From assembly GCA_964057225.1 (NCBI GenBank), contig OZ059899.1:10540001-10604000 (forward strand): DNA of 64,000 bases, written 5' to 3'. Of the stretch, positions 1 through 10,700 are shown piece by piece. Both the position numbers and the translations under genes were made by a program. The DNA comes from Auanema rhodensis. Its lineage: Eukaryota; Animalia; Nematoda. How positions within the stretch are numbered: the first letter of the stretch is position 1; each line of letters starts with the position of its first letter. The notes under the pieces are model-generated. The model made no database searches. It was not told the DNA's origin and saw only the letters and a list, made by a program, of their open reading frames with translations.

Positions 1-412
1 AGCCGTATATATTTTTTTCTGGAATTCGAAAGCATTTGGGATGGATATTAGAAGGAAAAGAACTAGTTTTTCCTACTTTAAAACAAACAATAAGAAATAA
101 AATAAAAAAGATTGTTAGATATCCAATTTAAACTTATACATTTATTTTGATAAAGAGCCTATTAGTTTGAAATTTTATGTCTTACAGTTCTCCAACAGAA
201 CAGACTGATCCTGATTTCTCTATGATTACATAAAACTCTCGTTTGATATAAAAAAAGAAGAGGAATAACGTTTCCAGGATGTCAATGATATCGAATCTAG
301 TGATATTGTAGAAAAATGTAATGTCAGCTCCATAGGTTTTCTCTTAATTTCTCTCATCACAATTGTCTTAGTTTTTTTTCTCATTAGAGTTTCTGAAATC
401 TTAGGTGAACAA

Positions 413-417
413 GGCCG
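413..417 (+). pseudogene. 5-nt remnant (GGCCG) of the tRNA-Arg 5' end at the junction; representative of the short units
   Basis: Short unit reads GAACAA-GGCCG-TATATATTTT. Long unit reads GAACAA-GGCCG-CGTGG...(197 bp)...CATATATATTTT. Confidence 0.7.
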
Positions 418-2882
418 TATATATTTTTTTCTGGAATTCGAAAGCATTTGGGATGGACATTAGAAGAAAAAGAACTAGTTTTTCCTACTTTAAAACAAAC
501 AAAAAAAAATAAAATGAAAAAGATTGTTAGATATCCAATTTAAACTTATACATTTACTTCGATAAAGAGCCTATTAGTTTCAAATTTTATGTCTTACAGT
601 TCTCCAACAGAACAGACTGATCCTGAATTCTCTATGATTATATAAAACTCTCGTTTGATATAAAAAAAGAAGAGGAATAACGTTTCCAGGATGTCAATGA
701 TATCGAATCTAGTGATATTGTAGAAAAATGTAATGTCAGCTCCATAGGTTTTCTCTTAATTTCTCTCATCACAATTGTCTTAGTTTTTTTTCTCATAAGA
801 GTTTCTGAAATCTTAGGTGAACAAAGCCGTATATATTTTTTTCTGGAATTCGAAAGCATTTGGGATGGATATTAGAAGGAAAAGAACTAGTTTTTCCTAC
901 TTTAAAACAAACAATAAGAAATAAAATAAAAAAGATTGTTAGATATCCAATTTAAACTTATACATTTACTTTGATAAAGAGCCTATTAGTTTGAAATTTT
1001 ATGTCTTACAGTTCTCCAACAGAACAGACTGATCCTGATTTCTCTATGATTACATAAAACTCTCGTTTGATATGAAAAAAGAAGAGGAATAACGTTTCCA
1101 GGATGTCAATGATATCGAATCTAGTGATATTGTAGAAAAATGTAATGTCAGCTCCATAGGTTTTCTCTTAATTTCTCTCATCACAATTGTCTTAGTTTTT
1201 TTTCTCATAAGAGTTTCTGAAATCTTAGGTGAACAAGGCCGTATATATTTTTTCCTGGAATTCGAAAGCATTTGGGATGGAAATTAGAAAGAAAAGAACT
1301 AGTTTTTCCTACTTTAAAACAAACAATAAGAAATAAAATAAAAAAGATTGTTAGATATCCAATTTAAACTTATACATTTACTTCGATAAAGAGCCTATTA
1401 GTTTGAAATTTTATGTCTTACAGTTCTCCAACAGAACAGACTGATCCTGATTTCTCTATGATTACATAAAACTCTCGTTTGATATACAAAAAGAAGAGGA
1501 ATAACGTTTCCAGGATGTCAATGATATCGAATCTAGTGATATTGTAGAAAAATGTAATGTCAGCTCCATAGGTTTTCTCTTAATTTCTCTCATCACAATT
1601 GTCTTAGTTTTTTTTCTCATTAGAGTTTCTGAAATCTTAGGTGAACAAGGCCGTATATATTTTTTTCTGGAATTCGAAAGCATTTGGGATGGACATTAGA
1701 AGAAAAAGAACTAGTTTTTCCTACTTTAAAACAAACAAAAAAAAATAAAATGAAAAAGATTGTTAGATATCCAATTTAAACTTATACATTTACTTCGATA
1801 AAGAGCCTATTAGTTTGAAATTTTATGTCTTACAGTTCTCCAACAGAACAGACTGATCCTGATTTCTCTATGATTACATAAAACTCTCGTTTGATATGAA
1901 AAAAGAAGAGGAATAACGTTTCCAGGATGTCAATAATATCGAATCTAGTGATATTGTAGAAAAATGTAATGTCAGCTCCATAGGTTTTCTCTTAATTTCT
2001 CTCATCACAATTGTCTTAGTTTTTTTTCTCATAAGAGTTTCTGAAATCTTAGGTGAACAAGGCCGTATATATTTTTTTCTGGAATTCGAAAGCATTTGGG
2101 ATGGAAATTAGAAAGAAAAGAACTAGTTTTTCCTACTTTAAAACAAACAATAAGAAATAAAATAAAAAAGATTGTTAGATATCCAATTTAAACTTATACA
2201 TTTACTTCGATAAAGAGCCTATTAGTTTGAAATTTTATGTCTTACAGTTCTCCAACAGAACAGACTGATCCTGATTTCTCTATGATTACATAAAACTCTC
2301 GTTTGATATACAAAAAGAAGAGGAATAACGTTTCCAGGATGTCAATGATATCGAATCTAGTGATATTGTAGAAAAATGTAATGTCAGCTCCATAGGTTTT
2401 CTCTTAATTTCTCTCATCACAATTGTCTTAGTTTTTTTTCTCATAAGAGTTTCTGAAATCTTAGGTGAACAAGGCCGTATATATTTTTTTCTGGAATTCG
2501 AAAGCATTTGGGATGGAAATTAGAAAGAAAAGAACTAGTTTTTCCTACTTTAAAACAAACAATAAGAAATAAAATAAAAAAGATTGTTAGATATCCAATT
2601 TAAACTTATACATTTACTTCGATAAAGAGCCTATTAGTTTGAAATTTTATGTCTTACAGTTCTCCAACAGAACAGACTGATCCTGATTTCTCTATGATTA
2701 CATAAAACTCTCGTTTGATATACAAAAAGGAGAGGAATGACGTTTCCAGGATATCAATGATATCGAATCTAGTGATATTGTAGAAAAATGTAATGTCAGC
2801 TCCATAGTTTTTCTCTAAATTTCTCTCATCACAATAGTCTTATTTTTTTTTCATGAGAGTTTCTGAAATCTTAGTTGAACAA

Positions 2883-2955
2883 GGCCGCGTGGCGCAATGG
2901 ATAACGCGTCTGCCTATGGAGCAGAAGATTGTAGGTTCGAATCCTGCCGTGGTCG
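2883..2955 (+). tRNA. tRNA-Arg(ACG)-derived gene with anticodon changed to ATG (nominal His); possibly a pseudogene
   Basis: Identical to the other nine copies except the anticodon loop, CTATGGA instead of CTACGGA (T at 2917). Cloverleaf, A box, B box (GGTTCGAATCC) and T7 terminator are intact. Confidence 0.85.
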
Positions 2956-2959
2956 TAAA

Positions 2960-2966
2960 TTTTTTT
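2960..2966 (+). terminator. Pol III oligo-T terminator (representative; present after all ten tRNA genes)
   Basis: TAAA then T7 directly follows the discriminator base. It is T8 at 3979-3986 in copy 2. Confidence 0.85.
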
Positions 2967-3901
2967 CATTTGACTTGTCATTTACAAAAATCAAATTTAT
3001 CTTCTTCAACGATTATTTTTGCAATGTGTCATAAAAATTTCACAGTTGAACAAAACGTTTTTTAAGAATTTTTTTTGTTGTCAACATATATATTTTCCTG
3101 GAATCCGAAAGCATTTGGGATGGAAATTAGAAAGAAAAGAACTAGTTTTTCCTATTTTAAAACAAACAAAAAAAAATAAAAAGAAAAAGATTGTTAGATA
3201 TCCAATTTAAACTTATACATTTACTTCGATAAAGAGCCTATTAGTTTGAAATTTTATGTCTTACAGTTCTCCAACAGAACAAACTGATCCTGATTTCTCT
3301 ATGATTACATAAAATTCTCGTTTGATATAAAAAAAGAAGAGGAATAACGTTTCCAGGATGTCAATGATATCGAATCTAGTGATATTGTAAAAAAATGTAA
3401 TGTCAGCTCCATATGTTTTCTCTTAATTTCTCTCATCACAATTGTCTTAGTTTTTTTTCTCATAAGAGTTTCTGAAATCTTAGGTGAACAAGGCCGTATA
3501 TATTTTTTTCTGGAATTCGAAAGCATTTGGGATGGAAATTAGAAAGAAAAGAACTAGTTTTTCCTACTTTAAAACGAACAATAAGAAATAAAATAAAAAA
3601 GATTGTTAGATATCCAATTTAAACTTATACATTTACTTCGATAAAGAGCCTATTAGTTTGAAATTTTATGTCTTACAGTTCTCCAACAGAACAAACTGAT
3701 CCTGATTTCTCTATGATTACATAAAATTCTCGTTTGATATAAAAAAAGAAGAGGAATAACGTTTCCAGGATATCAATGATATCGAATCTAGTGATATTGT
3801 AGAAAAATGTAATGTCAGCTCCATAGTTTTTCTCTAAATTTCTCTCATCACAATAGTCTTATTTTTTTTTCATAAGAGTTTCTGAAATCTTAGTTGAACA
3901 A

Positions 3902-3974
3902 GGCCGCGTGGCGCAATGGATAACGCGTCTGCCTACGGAGCAGAAGATTGTAGGTTCGAATCCTGCCGTGGTCG
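3902..3974 (+). tRNA. tRNA-Arg(ACG)
   Basis: GGCCGCGTGGCGCAATGGATAACGCGTCTGCCTACGGAGCAGAAGATTGTAGGTTCGAATCCTGCCGTGGTCG. Acceptor stem GGCCGCG/CGTGGTC, anticodon stem TCTGC/GCAGA with loop CTACGGA, T arm GTAGG-TTCGAAT-CCTGC, A20 present, no encoded CCA, no intron. Confidence 0.97.
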
Positions 3975-4919
3975 TAAATTTTTTTTATTTCACTTGTCAT
4001 TTACAAAAATTAAATTTATCTTCTTCAACGATTATTTTTGCAATGTGTCATAAAAATTTCACAGTTGAACAAAAAGTTTTTTGAGAATTTTTTTTGTTGT
4101 CAACATATATATTTTCCTGGAATTCGAAAGCATTTGGGATGGAAATTAGAAAGAAAAGAACTAGTTTTTCCTATTTTAAAACAAACAAAAAAAAATAAAA
4201 TGAAAAAGATTGTTAGATATCCAATTTAAACTTATACATTTACTTCGATAAAGAGCCTATTAGTTTGAAATTTTATGTCTTACAGTTCTCCAACAGAACA
4301 AACTGATCCTGATTTCTCTATGATTACATAAAATTCTCGTTTGATATAAAAAAAGAAGAGGAATAACGTTTCCAGGATGTCAATGATATCGAATCTAGTG
4401 ATATTGTAAAAAAATGTAATGTCAGCTCCATAGGTTTTCTCTTAATTTCTCTAATCACAATTGTCTTAGTTTTTTTCTCATAAGAGTTTCTGAAATCTTA
4501 GGTGAACAAGGCCGTATATATTTTTTTCTGGAATTCGAAAGCATTTGGGATGGAAATTAGAAAGAAAAGAACTAGTTTTTCCTACTTTAAAACGAACAAT
4601 AAGAAATAAAATAAAAAAGATTGTTAGATATCCAATTTAAACTTATACATTTACTTCGATAAAGAGCCTATTAGTTTGAATTTTTATGTCTTACAGTTCA
4701 CCAACAGAACAGACTGATCCTGATTTCTCTATGATTACATAAAACTCTCGTTTGATATACAAAAAGGAGAGGAATAACGTTTCCAGGATATCAATGATAT
4801 CGAATCTAGTGATATTGTAGAAAAATGTAATGTCAGCTCCATAGTTTTTCTCTAAATTTCTCTCATCACAATAGTCTTATTTTTTTTTCATAAGAGTTTC
4901 TGAAATCTTAGTTGAACAA

Positions 4920-4992
4920 GGCCGCGTGGCGCAATGGATAACGCGTCTGCCTACGGAGCAGAAGATTGTAGGTTCGAATCCTGCCGTGGTCG
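4920..4992 (+). tRNA. tRNA-Arg(ACG)
   Basis: Identical 73-nt sequence to 3902-3974, followed by a T7 terminator. Confidence 0.97.
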
Positions 4993-7169
4993 TAAATTTT
5001 TTTCATTTGACTTGTCATTTACAAAAATCAAATTTATCTTCTTCAACGATTATTTTTGCAATGTGTCATAAAAATTTCACAGTTGAACAAAACGTTTTTT
5101 AAGAATTTTTTTTGTTGTCAACATATATATTTTCCTGGAATTCGAAAGCATTTGGGATGGAAATTAGAAAGAAAAGAACTAGTTTTTCCTATTTTAAAAC
5201 AAACAAAAAAAAAATAAAATGAAAAAGATTGTTAGATATCCAATTTAAACTTATACATTTACTTCGATAAAGAGCCTATTAGTTTGAAATTTTATGTCTT
5301 ACAGTTCTCCAACAGAACAGACTGATCCTGATTTCTCTATGATTACAAAAAACTCTCGTTTGATATAAAAAAAGAAGAGGAATAACGTTTCCAGGATGTC
5401 AATGATATCGAATCTAGTGATATTGTAAAAAAATGTAATGTCAGCTCCATAGGTTTTCTCTTAATTTCTCTCATCACAATTGTCTTAGTTTTTTTTCTCA
5501 TAAGAGTTTCTGAAATCTTAGGTGAACAAGGCCGTATATATTTTTTTCTGGAATTCGAAAGCATTTGGGATGGAAATTAGAAAGAAAAGAACTAGTTTTT
5601 CCTACTTTAAAACAAACAATAAGAAATAAAATAAAAAAGATTGTTAAATATCCAATTTAAACTCATACATTTACTTCGATAAAGAGCCTATTAGTTTGAA
5701 ATTTTATGTCTTACAGTTCTCCAACAGAACAGACTGATCCTGATTTCTCTATGATTATATAAAACTCTCGTTTGATATAAAAAAAGAAGAGGAATAACGT
5801 TTCCAGGATGTCAATGATATCGAATCTAGTGATATTGTAGAAAAATGTAATGTCAGCTCCATAGCTTTTCTCTTAATTTCTCTCATCACAATTGTCTTAG
5901 TTTTTTTCCATAAGAGTTTCTGAAATCTCACTTGACCAAGGCCTTATATATTTTTCTGGAATTCGAAAGTATTTAGGATGGAAATTAAAAAGAAAAGAAC
6001 TAGTTTTTCCTACTTTAAAACAAACAATAAGAAATAAAATAAAAAAGATTGTTAGATATCCAATTTAAACTTATACATTTACTTTGATAAAGAGCCTATT
6101 AGTTTGAAATTTTATGTCTTACAGTTCTCCAACAGAACAGACTGATCCTGATTTCTCTATGATTACATAAAACTCTCGTTTGATATAAAAAAAGAAGAGG
6201 AATAACGTTTCCAGGATGTCAATGATATCGAATCTAGTGATATTGTAGAAAAATGTAATGTCAGCTCCATAGGTTTTCTCTTAATTTCTCTCATCACAAT
6301 TGTCTTAGTTTTTTTTCTCATTAGAGTTTCTGAAATCTTAGGTGAACAAGGCCGTATATATTTTTTTCTGGAATTCGAAAGCATTTGGGATGGACATTAG
6401 AAGAAAAAGAACTTGTTTTTCCTACTTTAAAACAAACAAAAAAAAATAAAATGAAAAAGATTGTTAGATATCCAATTTAAACTTATACATTTACTTCGAT
6501 AAAGAGCCTATTAGTTTGAAATTTTATGTCTTACAGTTCTCCAACAGAACAGACTGATCCTGATTTCTCTATGATTACATAAAACTCTCGTTTGATATAA
6601 AAAAAGAAGAGGAATAACGTTTCCAGGATATCAATGATATCGAATCTAGTGATATTGTAGAAAAATGTAATGTCAGCTCCATAGTTTTTCTCTTAATTTC
6701 TCTCATCACAATAGTCTTATTTTTTTTTCATAAGAGTTTCTGAAATCTTAGTTGAACAAGGCCGTATATATATTTTCCTGGAATTCGAAAGCATTTGGGA
6801 TGGAAATTAGAAAGAAAAGAACTAGTTTTTCCTACTTTAAAACGAACAATAAGAAATAAAATAAAAAAGATTGTTAGATATCCAATTTAAACTTATACAT
6901 TTACTTCGATAAAGAGCCTATTAGTTTGAAATTTTATGTCTTACAGTTCTCCAACAGAACAGACTGATCCTGATTTCTCTATGATTACATAAAACTCTCG
7001 TTTGATATACAAAAAGGAGAGGAATAACGTTTCCAGGATATCAATGATATCGAATCTAGTGATATTGTAGAAAAATGTAATGTCAGCTCCATAGTTTTTC
7101 TCTAAATTTCTCTCATCACAATAGTCTTATTTTTTTTTCATAAGAGTTTCGGAAATCTTAGTTGAACAA

Positions 7170-7242
7170 GGCCGCGTGGCGCAATGGATAACGCGTCTGC
7201 CTACGGAGCAGAAGATTGTAGGTTCGAATCCTGCCGTGGTCG
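7170..7242 (+). tRNA. tRNA-Arg(ACG)
   Basis: Identical 73-nt sequence, followed by a T7 terminator. Confidence 0.97.
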
Positions 7243-7799
7243 TAAATTTTTTTCATTTGACTTGTCATTTACAAAAATCAAACTTATCTTCTTCAACGAT
7301 TATTTTTGCAATGTGTCATAAAAATTTCACAGTTGAACAAAACGTTTTTTGAGAATTTTTTTTGTTGTCAACATATATATTTTCCTGGAATTCGAAAGCA
7401 TTTGGGATGGAAATTAGAAAGAAAAGAACTAGTTTTTCCTATTTTAAAACAAACAAAAAAAAATAAAATGAAAAAGATTGTTAGATATCCAATTTAAACT
7501 TATACATTTACTTCGATAAAGAGCCTATTAGTTTGAAATTTTATGTCTTACAGTTCTCCAACAGAACAGACTGATCCTGATTTCTCTATGATTACATAAA
7601 ACTCTCGTTTGATATAAAAAAAGAAGAGGAATAACGTTTCCAGGATGTCAATGATATCGAATCTAGTGATATTGTAAAAAAATGTAATGTCAGCTCCATA
7701 GGTTTTCTCTTAATTTCTCTCATCACAATTGTCTTAGTTTTTTTTCTCATAAGAGTTTCTGAAATCTTAGGTGAACAAGGCCGTATATATTTTTTTCTG

Positions 7800-10700
7800 G
7801 AATTCGAAAGCATTTGGGAAGGAAATTAGAAAGAAAAGAACTAGTTTTTCCTACTTTAAAACAAATAATAAGAAATAAAATAAAAAAGATTGTTAGATAT
7901 CCAATTTAAACTTATACATTTACTTCGATAAAGAGCCTATTAGTTTGAAATTTTATGTCTTACAGTTCTCCAACAGAACAGACTGATCCTGATTTCTCTA
8001 TGATTATATAAAACTCTCGTTTGATATAAAAAAAGAAGAGGAATAACGTTTCCAGGATGTCAATGATATCGAATCTAGTGATATTGTAGAAAAATGTAAT
8101 GTCAGCTCCATAGGTTTTCTCTTAATTTCTCTCATCACAATTGTCTTAGTTTTTTTTCTCATAAGAGTTTCTGAAATCTTAGGTGAACAAGGCCGTATAT
8201 TTTTTTTTCTGGAAATCGGAAGCTTTTGGGATGGAAATTAGAAAGAAAAGAACTAGTTTTTCCTATTTTAAAACAAACAAAAAAAAATAAAATGAAAAAG
8301 ATTGTTAGATATCCAATTTAAACTTATACATTTACTTCGATAAAGAGCCTATTAGTTTGAAATTTTATGTCTTACAGTTCTCCAACAGAACAGACTGATC
8401 CTGATTTCTCTATGATTATATAAAACTCTCGTTTGATATAAAAAAAGAAGAGGAATAACGTTTCCAGGATGTCAATGATATCGAATCTAGTGATATTGTA
8501 GAAAAATGTAATGTCAGCTCCATAGGTTTTCTCTTAATTTCTCTCATCACAATTGTCTTAGTTTTTTTTCTCATAAGAGTTTCTGAAATCTTAGGTGAAC
8601 AAGGCCGTATATATTTTTTTCTGGAATTCGAAAGCATTTGGGATGGAAATTAGAAAGAAAAGAACTAGTTTTTCCTATTTTAAAACAAACAAAAAAAAAT
8701 AAAATGAAAAAGATTGTTAGATATCCAATTTAAACTTATACATTTACTTCGATAAAGAGCCTATTAGTTTGAAATTTTATGTCTTACAGTTCTCCTACAG
8801 AACAGACTGATCCTGATTTCTCTATGATTACATCAAACTCTCGTTCGATATAAAAAAAAGAAGAGGAATAACGTTTCTAGGATGTCATTGATATCGAATC
8901 TAGTGATATTGTAAAAAAATGTAATGTCAGCTCCATAGGTTTTCTCTTAATTTCTCTCATCACAATTGTCTTAGTTTTTTTTCTCATAAGAGTTTCTGAA
9001 ATCTTAGGTGAACAAGGCCGTATATATTTTTTTCTGGAATTCGAAAGCATTTGGGATGGAAATTAGAAAGAAAAGAACTAGTTTTTCCCATTTTAAAACA
9101 AACAAAAAAAAATAAAATGAAAAAGATTGTTAGATATCCAATTTAAACTTATACATTTACTTCGATAAAGAGCCTATTAGTTTGAAATTTTATGTCTTAC
9201 AGTTCTCCAACAGAACAGACTGATCCTGATTTCTCTATGATTATATAAAACTCTCGTTTGATATAAAAAAAGAAGAGGAATAACGTTTCCAGGATGTCAA
9301 TGATATCGAATCTAGTGATATTGTAGAAAAATGTAATGTCAGCTCCATAGGTTTTCTCTTAATTTCTCTCATCACAATTGTCTTAGTTTTTTTTCTCATA
9401 AGAGTTTCTGAAATCTTAGGTGAACATGGCCGTATATATTTTTTTCTGGAAATCGAAAGCATTTGGGATGGAAATTAGAAAGAAAAGAACTAGTTTTTCC
9501 TATTTTAAAACAAACAAAAAAAAATAAAATGAAAAAGATTGTTAGATATCCAATTTAAACTTATACATTTACTTCGATAAAGAGCCTATTAGTTTGAAAT
9601 TTTATGTCTTACAGTTCTCCAACAGAACAGACTGATCCTGATTTCTCTATGATTATATAAAACTCTCGTTTGATATAAAAAAAGAAGAGGAATAACGTTT
9701 CCAGGATGTCAATGATATCGAATCTAGTGATATTGTAGAAGAATGTAATGTCAGCTCCATAGGTTTTCTCTTAATTTCTCTCATCACAATTGTCTTAGTT
9801 TTTTTTCTCATAAGAGTTTCTGAAATCTTAGGTGAACAAGGCCGTATATATTTTTTTCTGGAATTCGAAAGCATTTGGGATGGAAATTAGAAAGAAAAGA
9901 ACTAGTTTTTCCTATTCTAAAACAAACAAAAAAAAATAAAATGAAAAAGATTGTTAGATATCCAATTTAAACTTATACATTTACTTCGATAAAGAGCCCA
10001 TTAGTTTGAAATTTTATGTCTTACAGTTCTCCAACAGAACAGACTGATCCTGATTTCTCTATGATTACATAAAACTCTCGTTTGATATAAAAAAGAAGAG
10101 GAATAACGTTTCCAGGATGTCAATGATATCGAATCTAGTGATATTGTAGAAAAATGTAATGTCAGCTCCATAGGTTTTCTCTTAATTTCTCTCATCACAA
10201 TTGTCTTAGTTTTTTTTCTCATAAGAGTTTCTGAAATCTTAGGTGAACAAGGCCGTATATATTTTTTTCTGGAATTCGAAAGCATTTGGGAAGGAAATTA
10301 GAAAGAAAAGAACTAGTTTTTCCTACTTTAAAACAAATAATAAGAAATAAAATAAAAAAGATTGTTAGATATCCAATTTAAACTTATACATTTATTTCGA
10401 TAAAGAGCCTATTAGTTTGAAATTTTATGTCTTACAGTTCTCCAACAGAACAGACTGATCCTGATTTCTCTATGATTATATAAAACTCTCGTTTGATATA
10501 AAAAAAGAAGAGGAATAACGTTTCCAGGATGTCAATGATATCGAATCTAGTGATATTGTAGAAAAATGTAATGTCAGCTCCATAGGTTTTCTCTTAATTT
10601 CTCTCATCACAATTGTCTTAGTTTTTTTTCTCATAAGAGTTTCTGAAATCTTAGGTGAACAAGGCCGTATATATTTTTTTCTGGAAATCGAAAGCTTTTG

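Larger units (their letters stand above)
2530..5560 (+). repeat. Higher-order repeat: ~1019-bp dimer (607-bp tRNA unit + 412-bp empty unit) x3; boundaries approximate
   Basis: tRNA starts at 2883, 3902 and 4920 (spacing 1019 and 1018). Confidence 0.9.

Noticed and set aside
271-410. Possible repeated exon (TTTCCAG acceptor ... AG/GTGAAC donor)
   Set aside because: The implied exon (278-404, 127 nt) is not a multiple of three. The donor is altered in several unit classes, and indels occur within it.
429-443. Heat-shock-element or STAT-like motif (TTCTGGAATTCGAA) and many 6-bp palindromes
   Set aside because: Only two correctly spaced nGAAn units are present. Such short motifs are expected by chance and recur only because the monomer does.
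226-447. Repeated 73-aa minus-strand ORF (MLSNSRKKYIRPC...) and its 65/71/72/88/94-aa variants
   Set aside because: It spans the deletion junction. It is freely frameshifted, truncated or loses its start codon in many units, variants are mostly non-synonymous, and it has no recognisable domain. It is a repeat artefact.
2888-3084. tRNA-derived SINE or integrative element as the identity of the 197-bp block
   Set aside because: The tRNA is perfect and terminates immediately at T7. There is no SINE body, poly-A tail or exact duplication at the junction, and no integrase or transposase. It is always at the same site, as expected for array amplification.
2853-3210. Plus-strand 70-aa and 63-aa ORFs in the long units
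   Set aside because: One reads through the tRNA and exists only because of a private A>G change. The other starts at TTG in the low-complexity trailer and is broken in several copies.
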